A DNA stretch of 64,000 bases from Propionibacteriales bacterium (GCA_038253325.1 JBBSHE010000015.1:1402-65401), one strand, 5' to 3'; shown: positions 8,646-18,116, numbered from the stretch's first letter. Notes: generated by a model not told the origin, from the letters alone. Numbers and translations are program-made.

Positions 8646-10466
8646 ATGTGCGGAATCGTCGGCTACGTCGGCACCGAACCGGCTCTGCCCCTGCTCATGC
8701 ACGGGCTCGCCCAGCTGGAGTACCGCGGATACGACTCAGCGGGCGTCGCCGTGCTCGGGCGTCGCGGACTACGGGTCGTCAAGCGCGCCGGACGGGTCAG
8801 CGACCTCGAAGCCGCGCTGCCGAAGCGTGTTTCGGGCCAGGTCGGGATCGGCCACACCCGGTGGGCGACGCACGGTCCGGCAACCGACCGCAACGCCCAT
8901 CCCCACACCGACGCGTCCGGACGGGTGGCGGTCGTGCACAACGGGATCATCGACAACGCCGAGGAGCTGCGGACGGATCTCACCGCCGCCGGGGTGAGCC
9001 TCCGCTCCGACACCGACACGGAGGTACTCGCCCATCTGGTGGCTCGCTCGGCGGGTGGATCGTTGGAGGCCAAGGTCACCGATGCTCTCAGCCGGGTCAC
9101 CGGTACGTACGGAATCGTCGTCGTGCATGCCGACCACCCCGACCGCATCGTCGCGGCCCGCAACGGATCTCCCCTGATCGTGGGCATCGCAGGCACCGGC
9201 ATGCATGTCGCCAGCGACATCGCTGCGCTCGTCCGGTACACGTCACAGGTTGTCCACCTCGACGACGGCGACGTCGCGACGGTGACGGCCGATCGGTTTG
9301 ACATCGTGTCCCACGCCGGTGAGGCGGTCGACAGAGCTCCGACCGAGGTCGACGTGCGCCCACACGAGTATGACAAGGGCGCATACCGGCACTTCCTTCG
9401 CAAGGAGATCTCCGAGGAAGGCGTCGCCGCACAGCGGGCGATCAGCGGGCGGCTGGACGAGCGGTTCGGCACTGCCCATCTGGGCGGCCTGAATCTCTCG
9501 CCGCGCGACACCCGGGACTTCAAGCGCGTCAAGGTCCTCGCCTGCGGGTCGGCGCTGTACGCCGGCATGATGGGTGCGCAGCTGATCGAGGAGCTCGCCC
9601 GCGTCCCGGCCGACGCTGAGGCCGCATCAGAGTTCCGCTACCGCAACCCGGTGATCGAGGCCGACACGTTGTACGTCGCGGTCAGCCAGTCGGGCGAGAC
9701 CCTTGACACGCTGGTCGCGGTGAAGGAAGTCCGACGCAAGGGCGGCCGGGTGATCGGTCTCGTCAACGTCGCTGGCTCGTCGATTGCACGTGAGGTCGAC
9801 GGTGGCATCTATCTGCACGCCGGTCCGGAGGTCTCGGTTGCGTCGACGAAGGCTGTGACCAACATGGTGATCGGCTTCGCGCTGCTTGCGCTGAGCTTCG
9901 GCCGGGTCCGGGACCTGTCGATCGGTGAGGGCCAGCGGCTCATCCACGGCTTGCGGCATCTCGGTGCGCACATCGACGAGATCATCGGCTACGACGACGA
10001 GCTCCGTTCGCTCGCGGGCGAGCTGAGCTCTGCAGAGAGCCTGTTCTTCGTGGGCCGGGTCCGCGGCTACCCGGTCGCCCTGGAAGGCGCTCAGAAGTTC
10101 AAGGAGATCACCTACCGCCACGCCGAGGCGTACCCGATGTCGGAGCTCAAGCACGGGCCGCTGGCGCTGGTCAGCCCACAGGTACCCACCGTCGCGCTGG
10201 TGCCCTACGACGACCTCCGCGACCGCAACGTCGGGGCGCTGCATGAGATCGCGGCGCGCAAGGGACCCCTGGTCGTGGTGACCCACGCCGACGTCGACCT
10301 CGGTGGTCTCGAGGTACGACGGGTCGACGTCCCCCGCAACGAACCCGAGCTCGACCCGATCCTGCTGATGGTCCCGCTGCACCTGCTCGCTTACCATGCC
10401 GCGGTCGCCCTGGACCGGGACGTGGACAACCCGCGCAACCTCGCCAAGAGCGTCACCGTCGAGTAG
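8646..10466 (+). CDS. glmS: glutamine--fructose-6-phosphate aminotransferase
   Basis: 606 aa. It starts 'MCGIVGYVG' (the Ntn Cys), carries SIS domains and ends with the canonical 'NLAKSVTVE'. Confidence 0.98.
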   Translation: MCGIVGYVGTEPALPLLMHGLAQLEYRGYDSAGVAVLGRRGLRVVKRAGRVSDLEAALPKRVSGQVGIGHTRWATHGPATDRNAHPHTDASGRVAVVHNGIIDNAEELRTDLTAAGVSLRSDTDTEVLAHLVARSAGGSLEAKVTDALSRVTGTYGIVVVHADHPDRIVAARNGSPLIVGIAGTGMHVASDIAALVRYTSQVVHLDDGDVATVTADRFDIVSHAGEAVDRAPTEVDVRPHEYDKGAYRHFLRKEISEEGVAAQRAISGRLDERFGTAHLGGLNLSPRDTRDFKRVKVLACGSALYAGMMGAQLIEELARVPADAEAASEFRYRNPVIEADTLYVAVSQSGETLDTLVAVKEVRRKGGRVIGLVNVAGSSIAREVDGGIYLHAGPEVSVASTKAVTNMVIGFALLALSFGRVRDLSIGEGQRLIHGLRHLGAHIDEIIGYDDELRSLAGELSSAESLFFVGRVRGYPVALEGAQKFKEITYRHAEAYPMSELKHGPLALVSPQVPTVALVPYDDLRDRNVGALHEIAARKGPLVVVTHADVDLGGLEVRRVDVPRNEPELDPILLMVPLHLLAYHAAVALDRDVDNPRNLAKSVTVE

Positions 10467-10579
10467 CGACCCCACCCCCCCACACCGACGGGATTCTTGC
10501 CTCCGGTTGTTTGGCCTGGCCCCATGTCGAGGGATGGGCCCTCGTTTGTCATGGACGACTAGCCTTCCGACCCCCCTCG

Positions 10580-13500
10580 CTACAGCTTCGTCAGCAGCCA
10601 GTTGACCGTCAACGTCCTGCCGCGCTTGATCGTCACCAGCTTGGTTGCGGGGCGGTAGCCGTCCTTCGCGACAATCAGCCGCACCGGGTTGTTTGCGTCC
10701 GACAGCCACAGCGCGTACCGACCGTGGGTGTCCGTCTTGAGCGTCCACGAACCGTGCTTGCCGTTGACCGCGACTGTCGCCCCCGGCAGGATCCGTTGCG
10801 GCGGTCCGGTTCCCTTGACCACGCCGGTGACCTTGCCCCACGTCTTCGGAGCCAGCACCTTCATCGCGACCGACGTTGCCCTCACCGAGTACGGGGTGTT
10901 CGTCTCGTACACGAGCGAGGCGGTGTACGTGCCCGGTTGCGAGATCGACGGCGTCTTGGCCGAGATCGTCACCGTGATCGTACGGCTTGCGCCGGGCGCA
11001 AGGGTCAGAGTGGTCGGCGTCTCGCTGAGCCACTTCACGTTGGTCGATCCGCCCTGGTTGAAGCCAGGAAGGACCTCGGCGGTCGTGACCGGCGACGAGA
11101 ACCCACCGGGCGACCCGCCGACCCGGTAGAAGCCGAGAGCGCCGGCACCGCGGTAGGTCGTCTGGTTGGAGTTGGGTAGTGCCGACCACTGGTTGGTCGC
11201 CGGGTTGTACGACGATCCCTCGTTGGTGATCACCGAGCTGTCTTGGACCGCCCCACCGGAGACCAGCAGAAGGTTGTTGGCGGCCGTGTAGCTGGCGCCC
11301 CACTGGTCGACCGGCATGTCAGCGATGGGCGCCCAGGTGTCGGACGACGGGTCGTACACGTACGCGTGCGTGATCGAGCCGTTGTCGGTCACCCCGCCGC
11401 CGCAGTACAGCTTGCTCGAGATCGCGCCGCAGGCCTCCCAGGAGACTGGCTCGGGATAGTCGGCGGCCTGGTTCCAGCTGTCCGAGGCCGGGTCGTAGCT
11501 GTACACGTCGGTCGTACCACAGCTGCTGGCACCGCATCCTCCGACGACATAGAGCTTTCCGTTCAGGACGGCGCTCCCGGAACCGGCGTACGGCGCGGGC
11601 GAGTCCGCAACGCTGCCCCAGCTGTCGGCCGCCGGGTCGTACACCTCGGAGGTCGCATCGGGGTTACCGTCCGCGCCCCAACCGCCGGCGATGTACCACT
11701 TGCCGTTGATGAAGCCGTGTGCCGGCGTCTCGCGGGTGTCGGATGCGCTGGCGATCGCCGACCAGGAACCGAAGTTGGGGTCGAACACGTAGCCGTCCGA
11801 GGTGTCCGCATTGCCGTCGAAACCGAACGCGGAGTAGAGCTTGCCGCCGGAGAAGTCGGCGGCGTTGTCCTGGATTGCGTTCGGGTAGTCGGCAATCGAC
11901 GTCCACGGCGCGTCGAACGGGCTTGCGGTGCGCGGCGCAGCAGTGTGCGTCGCCCCCTTGACGTACGCGCGGTGCATGCTGACCTTGGCCGGTGTCCGGT
12001 TGAGCGCGGCACCGTGCCGCTTCAAGATCGTGAACGAACCGCTTTGCTCCGACACCTTCACAGTGGCCAAGGCGTTCCCGGTGTTCTGCACGGTGAGGGT
12101 TGCGGTCGACGTGCCGCGCCACGGGACAGTCCGGCTGATCGTCTTCGGCGTCACTGCGAACCGCCCGGACGCCAAACCGAAGTTCGCCTGAGTCACCGCG
12201 TTCGTGATGACGTTGACGGTCTCCCTGGTCGACCGGTAGCCGGCCTTTACTGCCCTGAAGTCGTGCTTGCCCGTCAACGACGAGAACAACCAGTAGAAGC
12301 CGTCGCCCACGTCCGGGTCGTCGGGCGTCGCTGCGCTGCTGCCGTGGTCGGCGGGTGCCGACACGCTCGACACGTCGGCGGCGACGAGCGGCGTGTGCGT
12401 GAGCGTGCTCCGGACCTGGCCGGCGACCAGGCCACCGTGGTCGATGACCACCGTCCGGTTGCCGACGACGACGTCGTCCACCTCCCAGTAGTAGGAGTAG
12501 GCCCCGGTGTAGTGGAACCGCACCTGGACGTCGGGCTGGTTGGCGGCTGCTGGCAGGGCAACGTCGATCGTTGCGTCCGGTCCTATGGGGCTCGTCGTCG
12601 CCGACCAGACGTCGGACCAGCTCGTACCGCCGTCCGTGCTGAGCTGCACGGTGGCGGTGGAGGTGTCGATGAACGGCACGTAGTCCGTCTTGAACTGGAG
12701 GTTGGGGGTGTCGGCACCGGAGAGGTCGTACGACGGTGACGTCAACGTCGTGTCCTGGGTGGCGTCCGGTCCGTCGTAGTCGCTGTCGACAATCGCGAAG
12801 TTGCCCTGACCGCCGGTTAGGTTGCCACGTCCTGCCGGGTCGTCGAAGACCCAACCGGTCGTGCCGGTCCCGTTGTCAACGGTCCAGCCGGGAGGGGGGC
12901 CGGTCGTGTCGTCGAACGTCTCAGGTGTCCCGGCCTGCAAGACGCTGTAGCCCGGTGCCGTCACATTCGTCATGTCGATCGGCATGTCGATGTTCAGGAT
13001 CTGGTCGGACGTGCCCACGTCGACACTCAGCTGCTGCGGCAGATAGCCGGGGTAGTACGCCTTGACGCTGAGGTCGTACGACGAACCCTGCGGCAGGTCG
13101 ACCTGGTAGGCGCCCGTGTACGGGTTGGTCCAGACTGGCGCGTTTGGCGAGCCGGCGACGGTGATCTGGGCGTACAGCGGCCAGTTGTGCCCGGAGCCGT
13201 CCCGGACGACACCGGACACGGTCGACGAAGGAACTGAGTCGAGCGCGAAGTCCTCGGTGACCGTGCCACCGTCCGTGACGACGACGCCGGTGCGGGTCTG
13301 GCTGGCGTACCCGAATGCGGTCACCTTCACGTCGTACGTTCCGACCGGCACTGACATCGAGTAGGTGCCGTTCGTCGCTGTGATCGCGCTCGCGTCACCT
13401 GCCGTCACGGTGGCACCCGCGATCGGGTTCCCCGTCCCGCTGTCGGTCACGGTCCCCGTCACCGTCCCGTGCGGTCCGGTCTGGAGCCCGGTGATGCCGG

Positions 13501-14797
13501 CTGGCGTCCCGAGGCCGGTCGGGCCGTCGTAGCCGGCTCCGGCGGTGCAGAGGTACGACGGCGAGCACGGCGCACCGTCGTCGCCGACGGTCACGTCGTT
13601 GAACGAGCCGGGCTTGGCGTAGGGATAGGACGCCGGCTCCGTACCCGTGACGGGTCCACCGGCGGTCGCGTACATACCGGCGACCAGCGGCGCGGAGACG
13701 CTCGTCCCGCCGTAGACCACCCAGCCACCGTCGCCGGTGTTGTACACCGCGACGCCCGTTGCCGGGTCGGCCACGGCCGACACGTCGGAGATGGTCCGGT
13801 TGGCGCAACCGGGGTCGGTCTGCCAGGCGGGCTTTGTCTGGTAGAGCGAGCAGCCGCTGCCGGGTGCTCCGTACGCGTTGTTCCAGACCGTCTCGCTCCA
13901 ACCACGGGTGCTGGAGTCGGGTACGAGCGACGTACCGCCGACCGCAACGACGTGCGGGTTGTTGGCGGGGAAGCTGGTGCCGTTGCCGTCGCCGTAGTAG
14001 CCGCTGTCGCCGGTGCTCGCAGTCACCGCGACGCCAGGGTGGTCGTACGACGCGTTGTAGCCGACCTCGGCCGGGTCCTCGCCGCCGCTGCCGTAGCTGT
14101 TGGAGACGACCTTCGCGCCAAGCGTGACGGCCTCGTCGACGGACGCGGCCAGGGCGTCGAACGTTGCGTCGTCACCTTCGACCAGCAAGATGTGCGCATT
14201 CGGGGCTGCGGCCGACACCATGTCCAGGTCGAGCGCGATCTCGCCGGCCCACCCGGGGTCGTACGGCGGGTAGTTGCCCTGCTCTCCGCGCTGGTTGACC
14301 TTCGTGAAGCACCCGTTGGCCGTCGAGCATTCCGGCAGTCCGTACTGGGCGCGGTAGATGGCGAGGTCCGCCTCCGCGTTCGGATTGTCGAACGCATCGA
14401 CGATCGCGATCGTGAGTCCGGCGCCTCCGTTGGCCGGGATCTGGTACGCCGACGACAGGTCGCTCGGACCGTAGCCGTTGGGCGTGGTTGCGTTCGGCAG
14501 CACGCCCTTGCCGCTCTTGTCATCCGTCCGGACCAGCGCGAAACAGCGCGCATGGCCCGCCTTCGGGTAGCCGCACTGGGCCTTGACGTCGCTCCTCTTG
14601 CGAGGCTTGGCGTGTCCCGCCTGGACCTTCCCCGCGTGCGGGTCCCCCGCCTGCGCGTGACCCGCCGGATGCGCCGAACCCGCGGCGACAGCCGTCGACT
14701 GCAAGCCGAGCAGGCACAAGGCAAGCGTCGCAGTCACGGCCGCGAGTCTGTTTACCGGTCCCGAACCACGACGCGCACGGTCTGAATGCCCCACCAT
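10580..14797 (-). CDS. secreted multidomain S53 (sedolisin) peptidase with CarboxypepD_reg-like, MAM-like and Kelch-repeat domains
   Basis: The start is set at ATG 14797 ('MVGHSDRARRGSGPVNRLAAVTATLALCLLGLQSTAVAAG', a signal peptide) with GGGGGGA upstream. The S53 triad context is 'GEIALDLDMVSAAAP' (E/D) and 'GGTSVSAPLVAGMYA' (Ser). Several 'G.V.D..G.P..GA.V' carboxypeptidase-regulatory-like modules are present. Kelch-like repeats include 'GKLYVVGGCG...YSYDPASDSW'. Confidence 0.85.
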   Translation of the reverse strand: MVGHSDRARRGSGPVNRLAAVTATLALCLLGLQSTAVAAGSAHPAGHAQAGDPHAGKVQAGHAKPRKRSDVKAQCGYPKAGHARCFALVRTDDKSGKGVLPNATTPNGYGPSDLSSAYQIPANGGAGLTIAIVDAFDNPNAEADLAIYRAQYGLPECSTANGCFTKVNQRGEQGNYPPYDPGWAGEIALDLDMVSAAAPNAHILLVEGDDATFDALAASVDEAVTLGAKVVSNSYGSGGEDPAEVGYNASYDHPGVAVTASTGDSGYYGDGNGTSFPANNPHVVAVGGTSLVPDSSTRGWSETVWNNAYGAPGSGCSLYQTKPAWQTDPGCANRTISDVSAVADPATGVAVYNTGDGGWVVYGGTSVSAPLVAGMYATAGGPVTGTEPASYPYAKPGSFNDVTVGDDGAPCSPSYLCTAGAGYDGPTGLGTPAGITGLQTGPHGTVTGTVTDSGTGNPIAGATVTAGDASAITATNGTYSMSVPVGTYDVKVTAFGYASQTRTGVVVTDGGTVTEDFALDSVPSSTVSGVVRDGSGHNWPLYAQITVAGSPNAPVWTNPYTGAYQVDLPQGSSYDLSVKAYYPGYLPQQLSVDVGTSDQILNIDMPIDMTNVTAPGYSVLQAGTPETFDDTTGPPPGWTVDNGTGTTGWVFDDPAGRGNLTGGQGNFAIVDSDYDGPDATQDTTLTSPSYDLSGADTPNLQFKTDYVPFIDTSTATVQLSTDGGTSWSDVWSATTSPIGPDATIDVALPAAANQPDVQVRFHYTGAYSYYWEVDDVVVGNRTVVIDHGGLVAGQVRSTLTHTPLVAADVSSVSAPADHGSSAATPDDPDVGDGFYWLFSSLTGKHDFRAVKAGYRSTRETVNVITNAVTQANFGLASGRFAVTPKTISRTVPWRGTSTATLTVQNTGNALATVKVSEQSGSFTILKRHGAALNRTPAKVSMHRAYVKGATHTAAPRTASPFDAPWTSIADYPNAIQDNAADFSGGKLYSAFGFDGNADTSDGYVFDPNFGSWSAIASASDTRETPAHGFINGKWYIAGGWGADGNPDATSEVYDPAADSWGSVADSPAPYAGSGSAVLNGKLYVVGGCGASSCGTTDVYSYDPASDSWNQAADYPEPVSWEACGAISSKLYCGGGVTDNGSITHAYVYDPSSDTWAPIADMPVDQWGASYTAANNLLLVSGGAVQDSSVITNEGSSYNPATNQWSALPNSNQTTYRGAGALGFYRVGGSPGGFSSPVTTAEVLPGFNQGGSTNVKWLSETPTTLTLAPGASRTITVTISAKTPSISQPGTYTASLVYETNTPYSVRATSVAMKVLAPKTWGKVTGVVKGTGPPQRILPGATVAVNGKHGSWTLKTDTHGRYALWLSDANNPVRLIVAKDGYRPATKLVTIKRGRTLTVNWLLTKL

Positions 14798-15080
14798 GGA
14801 AATCCCCCCAAGCCCCACCGATTGGTCGACATGCTTCGCGCCGACGCAGTAGCAGTGTTTGTCCCACCAAACGGTCCGGTTGTCAAATAGACACGCCCGT
14901 CGGGAAGCGGGTCCGTTTGAGGGTTCTAGCCCCGATAACCTTCGCCAGGGTCTCCTAGTCAAGCAGCGTAGCCAACTGCTTCATGGCCAGCGCTGGTCGC
15001 TTGTCCATGAGGTAGCCGCGGATCAGAGTGCTTGTTGGCTCCGGACGACACGCCCGCCGGCAGCGATCGTCATCCGTTGC

Positions 15081-15102
15081 GGTATCTCAGATATGAGATA
15101 CC
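15081..15102. promoter_or_regulatory. perfect 9-4-9 inverted repeat, candidate operator of the HTH-MurA gene
   Basis: GGTATCTCA-GATA-TGAGATACC ends 3 nt before GTG 15106 and 9 nt before ATG 15112. A TANNNT-like hexamer TACCGT (15099-15104) lies within the right arm. Confidence 0.5.
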
Positions 15103-15105
15103 GTC

Positions 15106-16641
15106 GTGCGCATGGTGGAAGCCTATCTGCGCCGCATCGGCTCCCTGATCCGCGACGCCCGCAAACACCGCGGCTGGACCCAGGCGCAGCTTGCCGAGGT
15201 CCTCGAGACCAGCCAGAGCGCAATCAACCGGATCGAGAAGGGCCACCAGAACCTCACCCTGGAGACGCTGGCCCGGATCGGCGAGGCGCTCGACTCCGAG
15301 ATCGTCTCGCTCGGTGTGTCCGGTCCAATGCACCTGCGGGTCGGCGGGGGGACGACCTTGTCCGGGTCGATCGACGTCAAGACCAGCAAGAACGCCGGCG
15401 TCGCGCTGCTGTGCGCGTCGCTGCTCAACAACGGTCGGACGATCCTGCGGAAGGTGGCGAGGATCGAGGAGGTCAGCCGGATCCTCGAGGTGCTCGCCAG
15501 CATCGGCGTCAGGCACACCTGGCTCAACGCCGACAACGACCTAGAGCTGCACCCCCCGGTGCAGCTCGACCTCGCCAGCATCGACGAGACGGCGGCGCGC
15601 CGGACCCGCAGCATCATCATGTTCCTCGGACCGCTGCTACACCGCGAGCAGACGTTCAAGCTGCCGTACGCCGGCGGCTGCGACATCGGCACCCGGACCG
15701 TCGAGCCGCACCTGTCCGCCCTGCGCCCGTTCGGCCTCGAGGTGAAGGCGACCGACGGTCTCTACCACGCCCAGGTCGACCCCCTGGTCGTTCCCCAGCG
15801 GCCGATCGTGCTGACCGAACGCGGTGACACCGTGACCGAGAACGCGCTGCTGGCGGCGGCACGCCATCCGGGCGAGACGGTGATCCGCAACGCCAGCTCG
15901 AACTACATGGTGCAGGACCTGTGCTTCTTCCTCACCAAGCTCGGCGTCCGGATCGAGGGCATCGGTACGACGACCGTGACGGTGCACGGCGTCGACCAGA
16001 TCGACGTCGACGTGGACTACTCCCCCTCCGAGGATCCGATCGAGGCGATGAGCCTGCTAGCGGCGGCCATCGTGACGTCGTCTGCAATCACGATCCGGCG
16101 GGTGCCGATCGAGTTCCTGGAGATCGAGCTCGCCGTCTTGGAAGAGATGGGGTTCTCGTACCAGCGCTCGGCCGAGTACCTGGCCGGCAACGGCCGCACG
16201 CGGCTGGTGGACGTGACGACGAAGCCGTCGGTGCTGCGATCTCCCCTGGACAAGATCCATCCGATGCCGTTCCCGGGACTCAACATCGACAACCTGCCGT
16301 TCTTCGCGGTGATCGCGGCCACTGCGGAGGGCCAGACCCTCATCCACGACTGGGTGTACGAGAACCGGGCGATCTATCTCACCGAGCTCACCAAGCTCGG
16401 GGCGTCGGTCACGCTGCTCGATCCGCATCGCGTGCTCGTCGAGGGACCGACCCACTGGTCCGCGACTGAGCTAGTGTGTCCGCCAGCGTTGCGACCCGCC
16501 GTCGTGATCTTGCTGGCCATGATGGCTGCCAAGGGGACGTCGGTCCTGCGCAACGTGTATGTCATCAACCGCGGATACGAAGATCTGGCCGAGCGTCTCA
16601 ACAGCCTCGGCGCGCAGATCGAGACGTTCCGCGACATCTGA
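15106..16641 (+). CDS. XRE-family HTH domain fused to a MurA-like enolpyruvyl transferase
   Basis: The N-terminus 'GWTQAQLAEVLETSQSAINRIEKGHQNLTLETLARIGEAL' is a Cro/C1 HTH. The remainder aligns by eye along the whole of MurA: 'KTSKNAGVALL', 'PYAGGCDIGTRTVEPHL' (Cys115-loop equivalent), 'NIDNLPFF', 'PPALRPAVVILLA' and the C-terminal 'INRGYEDLAERLNSLGAQIE'. The start is 15106 (GTG) or 15112 (ATG). Confidence 0.85.
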   Translation: MRMVEAYLRRIGSLIRDARKHRGWTQAQLAEVLETSQSAINRIEKGHQNLTLETLARIGEALDSEIVSLGVSGPMHLRVGGGTTLSGSIDVKTSKNAGVALLCASLLNNGRTILRKVARIEEVSRILEVLASIGVRHTWLNADNDLELHPPVQLDLASIDETAARRTRSIIMFLGPLLHREQTFKLPYAGGCDIGTRTVEPHLSALRPFGLEVKATDGLYHAQVDPLVVPQRPIVLTERGDTVTENALLAAARHPGETVIRNASSNYMVQDLCFFLTKLGVRIEGIGTTTVTVHGVDQIDVDVDYSPSEDPIEAMSLLAAAIVTSSAITIRRVPIEFLEIELAVLEEMGFSYQRSAEYLAGNGRTRLVDVTTKPSVLRSPLDKIHPMPFPGLNIDNLPFFAVIAATAEGQTLIHDWVYENRAIYLTELTKLGASVTLLDPHRVLVEGPTHWSATELVCPPALRPAVVILLAMMAAKGTSVLRNVYVINRGYEDLAERLNSLGAQIETFRDI

Positions 16642-16653
16642 GCGGAGTCGGGG

Positions 16654-17352
16654 ATGCGAAGCGGGATCATCGCGCTGATCGTGGTCGGCGTGCTGCTGGT
16701 CGCGGCGATCTCGTTCTACCTGAACTATCTGCGCGTAAAGCGGCTCAAGGAGTACGTCGCCGCGAACGGCTGGACGTACCTCCACCGCGTCGACCAGTAC
16801 GTCGACCGGTGGAACGGCAACCCGTTCGACGACGGCGACCACCGGCGGACCGACAACGGGCTGACGGGAACATACCGCGGAGTGACCTTCGTCGCCTTCG
16901 AGTACATGTACGACACGCATTCGACCGACTCCAAGGGCAACCGAACGACCACGACCCACCACTACAGCGTGATCGCGCTCGAGCTCGGGATCGGCTGCCC
17001 GGACGTGTCCGTCACCCCCGAAGGTGTGTTCTCGCCGCTTGCGGGAAGGGTGCTCGGCAGCGACATCGAGCTCGAGTCGGAGGACTTCAACCGCACGTTC
17101 ACGGTCCTTTGCAAGGACCGCAAGTTCGCCTCCGACGTCCTGCATCCCCGAACCATGCAGGCACTTCTCCCCTACACCGACGTCGGCGTCGGCATCCGTG
17201 GAGGTGACGCCCTTGCCGTCAAACCCGGCAAGCTGGTGCCGGATGCGATCACGCGACGGCTCGACGCCTTGCTGGTGATCCTCGAGGGAGTTCCCGAGTT
17301 CGTCTGGAAGGATCTCGGCGGCAAGCCGGTCGGGCTCGTGCACGCGTCGTGA
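16654..17352 (+). CDS. membrane-anchored hypothetical protein (DUF3137-like, LemA-associated)
   Basis: 232 aa with the N-terminal TM helix 'IIALIVVGVLLVAAISFYLNYL'. Its stop overlaps (GTGA) the start of the LemA remnant. Confidence 0.6.
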   Translation: MRSGIIALIVVGVLLVAAISFYLNYLRVKRLKEYVAANGWTYLHRVDQYVDRWNGNPFDDGDHRRTDNGLTGTYRGVTFVAFEYMYDTHSTDSKGNRTTTTHHYSVIALELGIGCPDVSVTPEGVFSPLAGRVLGSDIELESEDFNRTFTVLCKDRKFASDVLHPRTMQALLPYTDVGVGIRGGDALAVKPGKLVPDAITRRLDALLVILEGVPEFVWKDLGGKPVGLVHAS

Positions 17353-17662
17353 TCGCGCTGAATGTCCTCCTCGGCGTCACCGCGGTCTTCGCCGTCGCGT
17401 ACAACCGCTTCGTCTCCCAGCGCAACCTGTTGACCGAGACATGGCGCGACATCGACGTGGAACTCCAACGGCGTCGCGCGCGGGCGCCGAGAACGACCTG
17501 ACCCGCGCGGTCCGAGGGCTGTTCGCCGTTGCCGAGCAGTATCCCGACCTGAAGGCATCGTCGAACTTCCTCCAGCTGCAGGTCGAGCTGGCCGATACCG
17601 AGGACCGGTTGGCGGCGGCCCGGCGCTTCTACAATCCGCCCACCTCACAGCCCCGGCGCTGA
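17349..17662 (+). pseudogene. LemA family protein, internally deleted and frameshifted
   Basis: Frame 1 reads 'VIALNVLLGVTAVFAVAYNRFVSQRNLLTETWRDIDVELQRR' and then stops prematurely at 17501. Frame 2 reads 'AENDLTRAVRGLFAVAEQYPDLKASSNFLQLQVELADTEDRLAAARRFYN' and then ends. About 45 aa are missing between the two blocks, and the C-terminal region is also missing. Confidence 0.7.
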
Positions 17663-17741
17663 GGCATGATGCGACGGGCTTGCGCGACCTGCCAGTCAGG
17701 CGAACTGCCAGGGATCGCGGCGGCCGCCGCTCCCGCTGCCA

Positions 17742-18008
17742 TCAGGCGAAGAGCTCGTCGATGTAGCTACGTGCGCGCACCGACCCGGCGTGCGGCGGCG
17801 GCGCCTGCATGTCCGACGTGATCCGAGGCAGCGGCTCGGTTCTCGGCCCAGACGACAGATGCCACTCGGTCTCCTTCTCGATCAACGTGCCGAGCGTCGT
17901 CCGGTCGAGGTACACACCCGCGCAGCTGCCGCATTTCGCGATGGTCACACCGCCGCGCTGAACCGGTTGCATCTCACCGTTGCACTGCGGACAGGTCATC
18001 GACTCCAT
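17742..18008 (-). CDS. zinc-ribbon (TFIIB-type zf) domain protein
   Basis: The start is set at ATG 18008: 'MESMTCPQCNGEMQPVQRGGVTIAKCGSCAGVYLDRTTL', which contains two CxxC pairs. Confidence 0.7.
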   Translation of the reverse strand: MESMTCPQCNGEMQPVQRGGVTIAKCGSCAGVYLDRTTLGTLIEKETEWHLSSGPRTEPLPRITSDMQAPPPHAGSVRARSYIDELFA

Positions 18009-18116
18009 GGGATCCACCCTAGCGACGCGGTGTCGACCGCGCGGTTCGGTCCGGGGTCCGCCGCAGCATGGGAGGCCGTCGGTGTGACCCGACTCCAACG
18101 GCCATACTTCCTGGCT

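Noticed and set aside
14955-15060. Minus-strand reading '...STLIRGYLMDKRPALAMKQLATLLD*', vaguely resembling the tail of an XRE HTH and lying divergent from the HTH-MurA gene.
   Set aside because: There is no usable start codon apart from a 17-codon ATG frame. The similarity is weak, and it is probably promoter or spacer DNA.
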